From Candidatus Multivoradales bacterium (lineage in GTDB: Bacteria; Acidobacteriota; Thermoanaerobaculia; Multivoradales; JAHEKO01), in the NCBI GenBank assembly GCA_965223155.1, contig CBDCVR010000013.1, forward strand, positions 192,001-256,000: a DNA stretch of 64,000 bases, in the 5' to 3' direction. This document shows positions 43,795 to 55,755 of this stretch, piece by piece. The notes beneath the pieces were generated by a model. It searched no databases, was not told the origin of the DNA, and saw only the letters and a program-made list of their open reading frames with translations. A program made the translations under genes and the position numbers. The number at the start of each line of letters is the position of its first letter. Within the stretch, counting starts at the first letter, position 1.

Positions 43795-43906
43795 TTTCTC
43801 TACTACTTTCTTTGTTGCCGTGACGTCCTCGCGCGGGCGCGAGACGCCCGCGAGGCGTCCGGGGCCTCCACGGAGAGGACTGTCTGGTTTGGGTGGCCCT
43901 AGCGGG

Positions 43907-44176
43907 CTACTTGCGGATGCCGAGTCGTTCGATCAGGACGCGATAGCGCTCGACGTTCTGGCCCTTGACGTAATCCAAGAGCCGGCGCCTCTGTCCAACC
44001 AGGCGGAGCAGGCCGCGGCGGCTGTGATGGTCTTTCTTATGCGTCTTGAAGTGCTCGGTCAGATCGTTGATGCGATGGGTAAGAAGCGCCACCTGCACCT
44101 CGGGCGACCCGGTGTCGCCGTCGTGCAGCCGGTAGTCTTCGATGATTTGTGCCTTCGAGGCACCGTTCTGGAACAA
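43907..44176 (-). CDS. rpsO: 30S ribosomal protein S15
   Basis: [24 protein letters not shown]; TTG start with AGGAGG upstream. Confidence 0.97.
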   Translation of the reverse strand: MFQNGASKAQIIEDYRLHDGDTGSPEVQVALLTHRINDLTEHFKTHKKDHHSRRGLLRLVGQRRRLLDYVKGQNVERYRVLIERLGIRK

Positions 44177-44256
44177 GTCTCTTTCCTCCTACGTCTACTT
44201 TTCTTGCCGCGCGGATGCTACCACAGGGGCAGTCTTCAGAATAGCCCTAAGTGCCC

Positions 44257-45168
44257 TCAACGAAAGACGATCCGGGGACGGATTACGCTCAAGCCGCGGT
44301 CGCCGAGGCTCTCGACCACCGAGCCCACCGCGACCAGCTGCCGGCGCTGGTTGACCAGCTTGAGCCAGTCTCCCTCCTCGCTGCCGGGTTGCTGCGTGAC
44401 GATGGTTTGGCCGTGGCGGATCCGTCGCTCCTGCTGAGGATCGGCCGTGATGGTGGAAAAGGGCAGAGGGATCTCGTCGAAAGAGATCCAGGCCGGCCCC
44501 AGAGTGGTGAGCTCGCCGGAGAAGCCGGCTTCGAGCGCGTCGGCCGTGGTGGCGGCCTCGACCGCGAACGGACCGACCGCCAGGCGGCGCAAGGATTCCA
44601 GGTGCGCGCCGCAGCCGAGCGTTTCACCCAAGTCATGCGCGATCGAGCGGACGTAGGTCCCCGACGAACAGGCGAGCCGGAAGGCTAGCCGGCCGTTTTC
44701 GAGCGGCTCGGTGCGCTCGAAGTCGAAGATGGTGATCTGTTTCAATGCGGTCGGGACCTCTTTGCCCCGCCGGGCCAGCTCGTAGTACTTGACGCCCTGA
44801 ATCTTCTTGGCGCTGTAGGGTGGTGCCGCCTGTTCGGAGACTCCGACCATTGCGGCCATGGCGTCAGCCAAGGCTTCGGCCTCCAGGCCGTCGATCGGAC
44901 GCTCGCTGGTGACCGTGCCGCTGGCGTCATAGGTATCCGTGCTGGCGCCGAAGGCGATGACCCCGGAGTAGGTCTTGGGAGCGTTAATCAGGAACCGGGT
45001 GAGCCGGGTGGCAAGACCCAGGGTGAGAACCAGAAGTCCGGTTGCCGCCGGGTCCAAAGTGCCGCAATGCCCCACCTTCTTCTGGCGGATGGTCCGCCGC
45101 ACCGTCTGAACCACGTCGTGGGAGGTGCAGTCGGGGGTCTTGTCGATGAGCAGGAGGCCGCTATGCAT
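44257..45168 (-). CDS. truB: tRNA pseudouridine-55 synthase
   Basis: TSHDVV, VGHCGTLDPAATG, PPYSAKK, CSSGTYVRS. Confidence 0.96.
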   Translation of the reverse strand: MHSGLLLIDKTPDCTSHDVVQTVRRTIRQKKVGHCGTLDPAATGLLVLTLGLATRLTRFLINAPKTYSGVIAFGASTDTYDASGTVTSERPIDGLEAEALADAMAAMVGVSEQAAPPYSAKKIQGVKYYELARRGKEVPTALKQITIFDFERTEPLENGRLAFRLACSSGTYVRSIAHDLGETLGCGAHLESLRRLAVGPFAVEAATTADALEAGFSGELTTLGPAWISFDEIPLPFSTITADPQQERRIRHGQTIVTQQPGSEEGDWLKLVNQRRQLVAVGSVVESLGDRGLSVIRPRIVFR

Positions 45169-46165
45169 AGGTGGGCTTGTTGGATTCCTTGAGAGAAGCC
45201 GTCAGGGCTTCGATCACAGCTTGGCGGGCCTCCGCCGGAGCCAGGTCCGAGGCGAAGCCGGCAGCGTTGTGATGGCCACCGCCGCCCTGCGCGCGGGCGA
45301 TCTCCTCGACGTTGAGCCGCCCCCGACTGCGCAGGGACACCTTCGACCCGCCCTCCGGAAGCTCACGCACCACGGCCGCTGCCTCCACGCCGTCGATCGA
45401 GCGCGGGACGTTGATCAGCCCCTCGGTATCGCCGGACGTAGCCCCGGAGCTTTCGAACATCTCTCCAGTGAGCAAGGCCGTCGCCAGCCGACCGCCGGCG
45501 TGAAACTCCAGGCTCCCGAGCATCTCCCGGGTCAGGAGGACCGATGCCGCCGACCGGCTCTCGTAGAGCCATTGAGCAACCTCGGCGGGCAGCGCGCCCT
45601 CGCGGGTGAGCCGGGCGGCGGCGTCGAAGGCCCGCTCGGTCGTGTTGCCGAAGCGGAATCCGCCTGTGTCGCTCACCAGTGCCGCGAGCAAGCACGTCGC
45701 GGAATTCCGGTCGAGCCGCAGGGCCAGTGCGTCGGCCAGAGTCACCAGCATCTCACCCAACGCCGGCGCCTCACTGTCGACCCAGTTGGCCTTGCCGTAG
45801 TTGGCGTTGCCCAGGTGGTGGTCGATGTTGATGAGATCGACGCCAGCGCCGAGAAGCTCGTCCTCCAGTCCGCAACGGTCCAGCGTCGGGCACTCGAGCA
45901 CGACCACGGCATCCGCGTCGGCGAGCGCCGCGGGCGGTTCGGTGCCGGTGTGAGTCCGGTTCGCTCCCGGAAGATGGCGCAGAACCGAGGGCACCTCGTC
46001 CCGCAGCCAGATCTCGGCCAGCTTGCCGCCCGAGCGCAGCAGGCGGGCGAGGCCCAGGCTGGACCCGATCGCGTCGCCGTCCGGATTGCGGTGGCTCGTG
46101 ATCAGGAAGCGCTGGCCGTTGCGTAGCTCGCGCAGGAGCGCGAGCGGTGCGTCATTCTTCTTCAT
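45161..46165 (-). CDS. nrnA: DHH/DHHA1 phosphoesterase (NrnA-like)
   Basis: HRNPDGDAIGS, IDHH, DTGGF, GGGGHHNAAG. Confidence 0.88.
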   Translation of the reverse strand: MKKNDAPLALLRELRNGQRFLITSHRNPDGDAIGSSLGLARLLRSGGKLAEIWLRDEVPSVLRHLPGANRTHTGTEPPAALADADAVVVLECPTLDRCGLEDELLGAGVDLINIDHHLGNANYGKANWVDSEAPALGEMLVTLADALALRLDRNSATCLLAALVSDTGGFRFGNTTERAFDAAARLTREGALPAEVAQWLYESRSAASVLLTREMLGSLEFHAGGRLATALLTGEMFESSGATSGDTEGLINVPRSIDGVEAAAVVRELPEGGSKVSLRSRGRLNVEEIARAQGGGGHHNAAGFASDLAPAEARQAVIEALTASLKESNKPTYA

Positions 46166-46499
46166 GAAGCTGCTCCAGGAGTTGTTCGATGTGCTGGCTG
46201 TGCTCGGGACCGCGATCCAGCTCGAAGCGAAGATCCGGCGTTGTCTTCATGCCCCGCAAGCGACGGGCCAGCTCGTTTCTGAGGAATCCTCGGGCACCGT
46301 CGAGGGCCGCTAGGATTTCGCTGCGCAGGTTGTCGTCTCCCACCACCGAAACGGAGATGATGGCCCGTTTGAGATCCGGCGTCAGGCGTACACCCGAGAT
46401 CGACGCCTGGCGGACACGGCCGTCATGGACTCGGCGCAGGAGGACGTCCGCGAGCTCGCGCCAGACCAGGTCCGCGACTCGATCGGGCCGGTGGCTCAT
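46152..46499 (-). CDS. rbfA: Ribosome-binding factor A
   Basis: RPDRVADL, LTPDLK, ARGFLR, TPDLRF; synteny. Confidence 0.93.
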   Translation of the reverse strand: MSHRPDRVADLVWRELADVLLRRVHDGRVRQASISGVRLTPDLKRAIISVSVVGDDNLRSEILAALDGARGFLRNELARRLRGMKTTPDLRFELDRGPEHSQHIEQLLEQLHEEE

Positions 46500-46789
46500 C
46501 GGAAGTCCTCGAGTAGCTCGGCTGTCCAGTCCAGCAGCAGGGCGCCCTCGACCGAGTCGATAAGGCGGCGGATCGCATCCAGGGTGGCGCGGGCGCGCGA
46601 GCGGTCGGAGTTGACGAACGCGAAGCCCAGCCGCGCGCGCTGGTGGAGGTCCTGGTCGGCGACCTCGGCCGCCGAGACCTGGAACCGTTGCCGGACGCGG
46701 TCCAGCACGCTCTTGACCACTCGCCGCTTGTCCTTGAGGCTGCGCGCGGACGGAATGTGAAGCTCGGCCACACCGATTCCCACGATCAT
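46496..46789 (-). CDS. DUF503 (YlxP-like) protein
   Basis: SLKDKRRVVKS, VSAAEV..QDLHQR; between infB and rbfA. Confidence 0.9.
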   Translation of the reverse strand: MIVGIGVAELHIPSARSLKDKRRVVKSVLDRVRQRFQVSAAEVADQDLHQRARLGFAFVNSDRSRARATLDAIRRLIDSVEGALLLDWTAELLEDFR

Positions 46790-46856
46790 TGCTGCGTTCT
46801 CGTCTTGAGGACCGGGCCGCTCGGCTCCGGTCCGTTGATTCGGGACGGCTCCGCTG

Positions 46857-49118
46857 CTAGAGCGACGGAGCGATCTCTTTCTTGAGGTAACCCTCGATCA
46901 CGTCGCCCGGCTTGACGTCCTGGAACCGTTCGAGCCGGATGCCACAGTCGAAGCCGGTCCGGACCTCGGAGACGTCTTCCTTGAAGCGGCGGAGCGACCC
47001 GATGGCGCCGTCGTGAACGACGACGTTGTCCCGCAGCAGGCGGACCTTGGCGTTGCGGGGAATCGTGCCTTCCACGACATGGCAGCCCGCGACCACGCCG
47101 AGTTTCGGGATGGAGAAGATCTCCCGCACCTCGGCCCGGCCGCTGGTGACCTCCTCGAAGGTGGGTTCCAGGAGTCCGGTCATGGCTTTGCGCAGCTCGC
47201 CGGTGAGCTCGTAGATGACCGTATGGAGGCGGATGTCCACCGCCTCGCGCTCAGACAGATCGGCGGCGTTCTGCTCCGGGCGCACGTTGAAGCCGACGAC
47301 GATGGCCTCGGAGGCCGAAGCCAGTAGCACGTCGTTGGTGGTGATCGCTCCGACCCCGGAGTGGATCACCTGGACGCGCACCTTGTCGGTGGAGAGCCGG
47401 CCGAGGGCGTCGATCAGAACCTCGACCGAGCCCTGAACGTCGGCCTTGAGCACGATCGGCAAGTCCTTGGCCTCTCCGGCCTGAATGCGGTCGAAGAGCT
47501 GATCCAGCGAGACCTTGCCGGCCGCCGGTGCCAGAGCCTTCTGCCGCAGCTCTTCACGGCGAAAGTCCGCGACGCTGCGAGCCTTCGACTCGCTCTCGAC
47601 CACCTGGAAGGGATCGCCCGCATCCGGCACCTCGTTGAAGCCAGTGACTTCCACCGGCGTTGCGGGGCCAGCCTCGTCCAGGCGGTCGCCCAGGTCGTTG
47701 GTCATCGAACGCACGCGACCGTGGGTGGCTCCGGCGACGAAGACGTCGCCCGTGTGCAAGGTGCCGTTCTGAACCAAGACGGTGGCGACGATGCCGCGCC
47801 CGGCTTCCTTCTGAGCCTCCAGGATCAGGCCCTGGGCCGATAGGTCGGAGTCGGCCTTGAGCTCGAGAAGATCCGAGGTCAGGAGAATCATCTCGAGGAG
47901 CTCGTCGATGCCTTCCTTCTTGAGCGCCGAAATCGGCACGGCGACCGTGTCGCCTCCCCATTCCTCGGCCGCCACGCCGTGGTCGGCGAGTTCCTTCTTG
48001 GCCCGCTCGACGTTGGCGTTGGCCTTGTCAACCTTATTGATGGCGATGATGATCGGGACGGCGGCAGCCTTGGCGTGATCGATGGCCTCGATCGTCTGCG
48101 GCATGACGCTGTCGTCGGCGGCAACGACCAGCACGACGATGTCGGTGGCCTTGGCGCCGCGGCTTCGCATGCGGGTAAACGCCTCGTGACCGGGCGTGTC
48201 CAGGAAGACAACCTTGCGGCCGCTGACCTCGACTTGGTAGGCGCCGATGTGCTGGGTGATGCCGCCGAACTCGCTTTCGGTGACCTTGGACGAGCGGATG
48301 GCGTCGAGCAGCGTCGTCTTCCCGTGATCGACGTGGCCCATGATGGTGACAACGGGGCCCCGCGGCTCGGTGCCGTCCGACTCCTCGCGCAGCTGGACCT
48401 CTTCTTCGAAGGTCACGGTCATGGCTTCGACCCCGAGGGCCTCGGCGACCTCGAGCGCCAGCTCGGGCTCGATGACATGGTTGATCGTCGCCATGACGCC
48501 CTGGCCGACAAGATGGCGGATCAGGTCTTTCGACTTGACCCCCAGCTTCTCGGCGAATTCGCGCACGGTCATGGCCTCGGTGATCGTGATCGGATCGGTC
48601 GGCGCGTCCTCCTTGAACGAGATCGCCTGGCTAGCGCTGCGCTGGCGACGCCGGCTGCGTCGCTCGCGGCGGCCGGTCTCCTGGACTTCGGCGACTTCGG
48701 CTAGAGCCGCGGCGGCTTCTTCGGCGGCCCGCTCGGGCGGAGCGGCCTGGTCCTCGGTGGTCTTGCTAGGTGCCGGTGTCGCCGGCTTCGGCGTCCCGCT
48801 GGTCGGGATCGTCCGAATGCGCGGTTCGACGCGCTGAATCATGCGCCGGCCGCGCGGCCGGAGACCCGTGGGCATGCGCCGCTGGGGAGGACGGCGGCGG
48901 GGGGTCGGTTTGGCGGTGGCCGCGGCCTCGGCGTCCCGGAGGATGACCTCCCGCGGCTGAGCCATGGCCTTGCCCTGAAGCACGGCGGCGATGATGCTGG
49001 AATCCACCGTCGGGTTCTTCTCGTCGATCTGCACCCCGATGGACTTGAGCTTGAATAGCAGGTCCTGGCTCTCGATGCCCATCTTCTTGGCCAGATCTTG
49101 GACCCGAATCTTTCCCAT
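46857..49118 (-). CDS. infB: Translation initiation factor IF-2
   Basis: [32 protein letters not shown]. Confidence 0.98.
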   Translation of the reverse strand: MGKIRVQDLAKKMGIESQDLLFKLKSIGVQIDEKNPTVDSSIIAAVLQGKAMAQPREVILRDAEAAATAKPTPRRRPPQRRMPTGLRPRGRRMIQRVEPRIRTIPTSGTPKPATPAPSKTTEDQAAPPERAAEEAAAALAEVAEVQETGRRERRSRRRQRSASQAISFKEDAPTDPITITEAMTVREFAEKLGVKSKDLIRHLVGQGVMATINHVIEPELALEVAEALGVEAMTVTFEEEVQLREESDGTEPRGPVVTIMGHVDHGKTTLLDAIRSSKVTESEFGGITQHIGAYQVEVSGRKVVFLDTPGHEAFTRMRSRGAKATDIVVLVVAADDSVMPQTIEAIDHAKAAAVPIIIAINKVDKANANVERAKKELADHGVAAEEWGGDTVAVPISALKKEGIDELLEMILLTSDLLELKADSDLSAQGLILEAQKEAGRGIVATVLVQNGTLHTGDVFVAGATHGRVRSMTNDLGDRLDEAGPATPVEVTGFNEVPDAGDPFQVVESESKARSVADFRREELRQKALAPAAGKVSLDQLFDRIQAGEAKDLPIVLKADVQGSVEVLIDALGRLSTDKVRVQVIHSGVGAITTNDVLLASASEAIVVGFNVRPEQNAADLSEREAVDIRLHTVIYELTGELRKAMTGLLEPTFEEVTSGRAEVREIFSIPKLGVVAGCHVVEGTIPRNAKVRLLRDNVVVHDGAIGSLRRFKEDVSEVRTGFDCGIRLERFQDVKPGDVIEGYLKKEIAPSL

Positions 49119-49155
49119 TTCTTGGAACTCCTGACAGCGCGCGCCTGCGGCCGGC

Positions 49156-50622
49156 TTACTCTTCCTCGGATGCCGCTCCGTCGGCGTCTTCCGCTTCCTG
49201 CAAGGCCTGGCTCAACGCGGCCATGAAGTCTGAGTCATCGACCGCGGGACTCTCGCTCACGGCCGGCTCGGCCTCCATGGCCACTTCTTCTTCTGCCGGC
49301 GCGTCATCATCCTCGCGGAAGGTCTCTGCCCATTGGAGGATGGCCTTGGCGGTCTTGGGGCCGACGCCTTCCAGCTCGGCGAGGACGTCCGGATCGGCGG
49401 CCAGAAGCGCGCCCAGTTCGCCGTATCCGGCTTCCGCGAGGATCTCGGCGGTCTTGGCACCTACTCCCGGAGCCGCGGTCAGGTCGAAGACCCTTTCCGG
49501 AGCGGCCTCGGTCTCTTCAGCCATGGCGGTTTCCAGCATCTTGGCGAGGGCGTCGGCGACCTCGTCCTTCACGTCCGTTTCACTCTTGATGTCGATCTTG
49601 GACTTCAGGAGCTCCGCCGCCAGGCGCACGTTCTGGCCGCGCTTGCCGATGGCCAACGAGAGCTGCTCGTCCTCGACGATCACGTCGAGATGCGGCGTCT
49701 CACCCTGGTGGGTCACCGAAACGCGGGTGATCCGGGCCGGAGCGAGGGCGCTCTGGGCAAAGGTCACCAAGTCTTCGCTGTACTCGATGATGTCGATCTT
49801 CTCGCCGCGCAGCTCGCGGATGATGGACTGCACCCGGGACCCCTTCATGCCGACGCAGGCGCCGACCGGATCGACGTCTCGCTCACGGCTGAAGACCGCC
49901 ACCTTGGCGCGCTCGCCCGGAGCACGGACCGCGGCCTTGATCAGCACCGTACCGTCGTAAATCTCCGGGACCTCGGTCTCGAACAGCTTGACCAGGAGGC
50001 GCGGATCGGTTCGGGATAGGACCACCTGGGGCCCCTTGGGCTGCATGTGAACGTCGATGATGACGGCGCGGATGCGCTCGCCCTGGCTGTAGCGCTCGTG
50101 ACGGGACTGCTCGCTACGCGGCACCACGGCCTCGGTGCGGCCCAGATCCACGATGATGTCGCCGCGCTCGAAGCGCTTGACGGTGCCGTTCAGGACCTCG
50201 CCGACGCGATCGATGTACTCGTTGTAGATCTTCTCGCGCTCGGCCTCGCGCACACGCTGGTACAGAACCTGTTTCGCCGACTGAGCTGCGATGCGGCCCA
50301 GACCTTCGGTCGAGATCGGGATGTGGATCTCGTCGCCGACGGCGGCGTCGGGCTTCTCGTCTGCGGCTTCCTCGACGGTCCACTCGGCCAGCGGGTCCTC
50401 GACCTCGTCGACCACGGTCTTGACGATGAAGGCGTCGAAGCCGCCGCTGGAGCGGTCGAAGGTGGCCCGCACGGGAGCCTTGATGCGGTGCTGCTTCTTG
50501 GCCGCCGACGCCATCGCGTCTTCGAGCGCCGAGATCCATCGATCGATGTCGATGTCCTTCTCGCGCGAGACCTGGTCCAAGAGCTCGGTGAGGTTGAATT
50601 CGGGTGCTTTTACTGCCGCCAT
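49156..50622 (-). CDS. nusA: Transcription factor NusA
   Basis: GRIAAQSAKQV, DPVGACVGMKG, LSLAIGKRGQNVRLA, C-terminal HhH repeats. Confidence 0.97.
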   Translation of the reverse strand: MAAVKAPEFNLTELLDQVSREKDIDIDRWISALEDAMASAAKKQHRIKAPVRATFDRSSGGFDAFIVKTVVDEVEDPLAEWTVEEAADEKPDAAVGDEIHIPISTEGLGRIAAQSAKQVLYQRVREAEREKIYNEYIDRVGEVLNGTVKRFERGDIIVDLGRTEAVVPRSEQSRHERYSQGERIRAVIIDVHMQPKGPQVVLSRTDPRLLVKLFETEVPEIYDGTVLIKAAVRAPGERAKVAVFSRERDVDPVGACVGMKGSRVQSIIRELRGEKIDIIEYSEDLVTFAQSALAPARITRVSVTHQGETPHLDVIVEDEQLSLAIGKRGQNVRLAAELLKSKIDIKSETDVKDEVADALAKMLETAMAEETEAAPERVFDLTAAPGVGAKTAEILAEAGYGELGALLAADPDVLAELEGVGPKTAKAILQWAETFREDDDAPAEEEVAMEAEPAVSESPAVDDSDFMAALSQALQEAEDADGAASEEE

Positions 50623-50634
50623 GAGATGAGATTC

Positions 50635-51126
50635 CTAGAACTGCGGATCGAGCCGCGTTTGCACGATGTCGTGGAAGGGGACCGTGCGGGTGCCATCGGC
50701 GAACTCGAAGGTCGCCGCGGAGCCCGACGGGTCGAGGCCGACGAGGACCGCCTCGTCGGTGCGTTTGCGGCCCGAGTCGGTCCAGGTGATGCGGACGGCG
50801 GAGCCGCGGAAGCGCTCGTAATCTCCCCCGGAGTAGAGCTCACGGTCGAGCCCGGGGGAGCTGACCTCGAGGGTGTAACGGCCGCCGCCGAAATCGACCA
50901 CGTCCAGAAACGCCGACGCTTCCCGCGAGACGGTCTCGCAATGGGCCAGCCCGACGCCCTCCTTGCGATCCAGGATGAGTTTGAGGACGCCGCCGGCGAA
51001 CGAAGCCTCCAAGAGCTCGCAGTCGTTGCGTCGGGCAACGGCGACGAGCTCCTCACAGACCTCGGCCGGGACGTTTCTGGTCACCGGGTCGGTGGTAGGT
51101 GGTGCCTTCGTCTGAGCGTTCTTCAT
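50635..51126 (-). CDS. rimP: Ribosome maturation factor RimP
   Basis: CETVSREASAFLD, YTLEVSSPGLDR; upstream of nusA. Confidence 0.92.
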   Translation of the reverse strand: MKNAQTKAPPTTDPVTRNVPAEVCEELVAVARRNDCELLEASFAGGVLKLILDRKEGVGLAHCETVSREASAFLDVVDFGGGRYTLEVSSPGLDRELYSGGDYERFRGSAVRITWTDSGRKRTDEAVLVGLDPSGSAATFEFADGTRTVPFHDIVQTRLDPQF

Positions 51127-51150
51127 CCTTCGCACTCGCGCTCCGACGAC

Positions 51151-51180
51151 AAAAAAAAAGGAGTGGGACGCCCCCACTTC
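51151..51180 (-). terminator. rimP-leader intrinsic terminator/attenuator
   Basis: Minus strand GAAGTGGG-GGCGT-CCCACTCC-T9 upstream of rimP, matching the known rimP-leader hairpin pattern. Confidence 0.8.
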
Positions 51181-51271
51181 CCCATCGTCGGCCCGCCGCA
51201 GCCCATCGTTGGCCCTCTGCCGGCTCCCCGCCGACAGCCGGCAAGAGAGCCCGGGCAACGCGAGCGGCTCG

Positions 51272-51301
51272 ATTATAGGCACGCTTTCAGGCCGCTTTCA
51301 A
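51272..51301 (-). promoter_or_regulatory. Sigma70 promoter of the rimP-nusA-infB operon
   Basis: Minus strand TTGAAA (51301-51296), 18 nt spacer, TATAAT (51277-51272). Confidence 0.7.
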
Positions 51302-51503
51302 CCCGTTCGAGGGATCTCGCTGAAGTGGCCGTCGAGACCTCTGTTGCGGTCATTGCGGCTGCCTCCGAGGAGCGGGAGTCCTGCCAAATTGGCGCCGCGG
51401 GTCGCTCGAAGCTACCTCCTCGGGCTTCTGAGCGTGGCAAGCGCCTTGCTTCCGGGTCCCTCGTGGTTACTTGCCGAACGATCAGCCAGCAGGGAGGACG
51501 AGC

Positions 51504-53024
51504 ATGAAACCCACGAGCCGAAAACTCTTGACCGCGGTGCTCGTCTTTGGGGCGGTGGTCTTTGGCATGGTCCTGGCCGGTGGCCTCGACCTGACCAGCC
51601 CGAGCGTCAGCGCGCCCACCGACTCCAGCCGAGCCCGGCCGGCGCTGGCGGTCTCCAACGGATTTCCGGATTTTGCCGAGCTGGCCGATCGCGTAGGCCC
51701 GGCGGTCGCCTCGATTGAGGCCCGGTCCTTCGAACGGGCGCCCTCGCGGCGCCAGGTGGATCCCTTCGAGTTCTTCTTCGGTCCGCCCAGGCGGCGGGAC
51801 CCCCGCAATGAGGACAATGGCGACGGCGAGGAGTTTCGCCAGGAGTCCGGCGGCAGTGGCTTCGTGATCTCCGCCGACGGCCTGGTGGTGACCAACAACC
51901 ACGTCATCCGAGGCGCCGAAGAAGTTCAAGTGCATCTTGGCGAGCGAACCTACGAGGCCGAAGTCAAGGGTAAGGACGCGGCCACGGATCTGGCCCTGCT
52001 GCAGATCAAGGGCGAGGGCGAGTTCCCGTATCTGGATCTGGGCAACAGCGACGAACTCCGGGTGGGCGAGTGGGTGATGGCGATAGGCAGTCCTTTGGGC
52101 CTCGCCGACACCGTGACCGTCGGCGTCGTCAGCGCAAAGGGCCGCCGCATCAACATCAGCCAAGAGACGCAGTCGTTCGAGAACTTCATTCAAACCGACG
52201 CCGCGATCAACTTCGGCAACTCGGGCGGACCTCTGGTCAACCTTCGGGGAGAGGTCGTCGGCATCAACACCGCGATCAACTGGGGCTCCGAGAACATCGG
52301 TTTCGCCGTGCCCGTCGGCATCCTCGAACAGGTCCTGCCGGCTCTGCGCGACGAAGGGCGAGTCCGCCGTGGCTACCTGGGCATCGGCGTGCTGGACCTC
52401 GACCAGGACGCGGCCGAAGCCTTCGGCCTGACCTCGACCGACGGGGCTCTCGTGACCGACGTCATGGAGGACCAGCCGGCGCAGAAGGCCGGCTTGCGCC
52501 AAGGCGACATCATCCTCGGCGTCGATGGCAGGAAGATCAAGACCACGCGCGAGCTCATCGACTATGTTTCGCTCCAGGGTCCCGAGGCCAGCGTCGAGGT
52601 CGAGCTGCTGCGTAACGGCAAGCGCATGACCAAGACGGTGCAGCTGGCCGAGCGTCCGAGCGACACCGCCGAGGTCCCCGAAGCGGACGAGGACGAAGAG
52701 CGGGGGATCGAGTGGCTCGGTCTCCGCTACCAGAATCTGACACCGGGACTCCGCGAATCGCATGGCATCCCCGACGGTTTCGAAGGGGTGTGGATCACCA
52801 GCGTCTCGCCGCGGAGCCCGCTCTACGACGAAGGCGTCCAGACCCGGAACGTCATCAACATCATCACCGAGGTCAACGGTGAGGCGGTGACGGACGTCGA
52901 AGAGTTCGAGGCGATCGTCCGCGACGCGCCGCCGGCCTCGCGTCTACGAATCTATCTGGAGCGTTTCTCTGGCGGCCGGGAGCTGGGACCGATCTTCGCC
53001 TTCCCGCAGGTTCCGCGCGAGTAG
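51504..53024 (+). CDS. degP: DegP/HtrA serine protease with two PDZ domains
   Basis: GSGFVIS, TNNHVI, DLALL, IQTDAAINFGNSGGPL; GGAGG RBS. Confidence 0.9.
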   Translation: MKPTSRKLLTAVLVFGAVVFGMVLAGGLDLTSPSVSAPTDSSRARPALAVSNGFPDFAELADRVGPAVASIEARSFERAPSRRQVDPFEFFFGPPRRRDPRNEDNGDGEEFRQESGGSGFVISADGLVVTNNHVIRGAEEVQVHLGERTYEAEVKGKDAATDLALLQIKGEGEFPYLDLGNSDELRVGEWVMAIGSPLGLADTVTVGVVSAKGRRINISQETQSFENFIQTDAAINFGNSGGPLVNLRGEVVGINTAINWGSENIGFAVPVGILEQVLPALRDEGRVRRGYLGIGVLDLDQDAAEAFGLTSTDGALVTDVMEDQPAQKAGLRQGDIILGVDGRKIKTTRELIDYVSLQGPEASVEVELLRNGKRMTKTVQLAERPSDTAEVPEADEDEERGIEWLGLRYQNLTPGLRESHGIPDGFEGVWITSVSPRSPLYDEGVQTRNVINIITEVNGEAVTDVEEFEAIVRDAPPASRLRIYLERFSGGRELGPIFAFPQVPRE

Positions 53025-53047
53025 GCGTTTCACAAACCTCCTTGGCC

Positions 53048-53078
53048 GGGGCCGGCCCGCGATCTGCGGGCCGGCCCC
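53048..53078. terminator. Perfect 13-bp GC hairpin downstream of degP (possible terminator or stabiliser)
   Basis: ggggccggcccgc-gatct-gcgggccggcccc; no U-tract. Confidence 0.45.
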
Positions 53079-53282
53079 CAGCCTGCACCTCGCACCAGCA
53101 TCCGGTCCGAAGGCCACGCATGCCCGGGCTTCTCGACGTAGCCACGGCCACGCTTGCATCGCCCCGCCTCGCCCGTCGTACCTTCTAACATTCGCGAACG
53201 CCGGTGAGAAGTCCTGGCTAGCCATCTCGCAGCGTCCCTAGGCCGGGCGCCGGAGTCCCCCGAAGACGGTAGACTCCGCGCC

Positions 53283-54670
<1,388 letters not shown>

Positions 54671-54671
<1 letters not shown>

Positions 54672-55264
54672 TGCCGGGCGCCGTGGACTCGGTCCCCGAA
54701 CTGGACCTCGAGCGGGAGCTTCTGGCCTCAGGGGCGCTTCGGGAGGGACATTTCGAGCTCTCCTCGGGCCTTCATTCGGCTCGGTACGTCCAGTGCGCCA
54801 AGCTGCTTGAAGCGCCCGGCCGAGCCGACGCCGTCGGCCGGGCCCTGGCGCGCCGGTTGCTGGACCTGCCACTCGACTCGATCGTGGCGCCGGCCCTGGG
54901 CGGCCTGGTCATCGGCTACACCGTGGCGAAGGCTCTCGACGTCCCGTTTCGGTTCGTCGAGCGCTTGGCGGGCGCGATGGCCCTGCGGCGTGGATTCGAG
55001 CTGGCGCCGGGCGAGCGGGTCGTGATCGTGGAAGACGTGGTGACCACCGGGGGCTCGGCGCTCGAGGCCGGCGAGGTGGTGCGGTCGCTCGGCGCCGAGG
55101 TCCTGGCCTATGCGGCGATCATCGATCGGACCGGCGGCGTCGGGCCCTTCGATGCACCGTTCGCCTGTCTCCACGAGCTCGAGGTCGCGACCTTCGACCC
55201 CGCGTCGTGCCCGCTGTGCCGACAAGAGGTTCCTCTGTCGATTCCGGGCAGCCGCCGCTCCTGA
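54671..55264 (+). CDS. pyrE: Orotate phosphoribosyltransferase
   Basis: GHFELSSGLHS, VEDVVTTGGS, CPLC tail. Confidence 0.93.
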
Positions 55265-55331
55265 CGCAGGCGCGGCCGATTGGCTGGTGGCCCGGGGGTC
55301 CGACGGCCGTCTGGGTTGCAGTCGTGGTGCT

Positions 55332-55562
55332 CTAAGCGTGCCGGTAGAGCCGGTCGATCGCGCTCTTGAGCGCCGGGATGCGGCCCAAAGACTCGGCATC
55401 GCGGGCGGAGACTTCGAGGGGCCACTCTTGCTCGGCGATGTCCTGGACGGCAATCGTCCAGGTGCCCTCCTCCGCGCGCCAGGCTCCCTCGCCGGCGAGC
55501 AGATTCCAGCCAGAGGGAAGGTAACTCCGCACTTCGAGGGCGGTATAGCCGGGGTCGCTCAC
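55332..55562 (-). CDS. Small hypothetical protein (76 aa)
   Basis: Fills the intergenic gap; protein-like composition (EVRSYLPSGW); TAGACT 6 nt before the GTG start. Confidence 0.55.
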   Translation of the reverse strand: MSDPGYTALEVRSYLPSGWNLLAGEGAWRAEEGTWTIAVQDIAEQEWPLEVSARDAESLGRIPALKSAIDRLYRHA

Positions 55563-55755
55563 GAGGGGAGTCTATCTCGACTTGGAACCGGCTGGAATCG
55601 GTCGCGGGCCGCATTGGGGATGAAAAATGCGATCGTGCCGGCGTGCTAGGATCGGGGTCCGGAAGGCGTTCGCTTTCCGGCAACCCAGCAGGCTAGCGGC
55701 CGGACCTCTCGCGAGCTCGGACTCACGAGTTCGGCGGCGCTGACGCGAGGACGAC

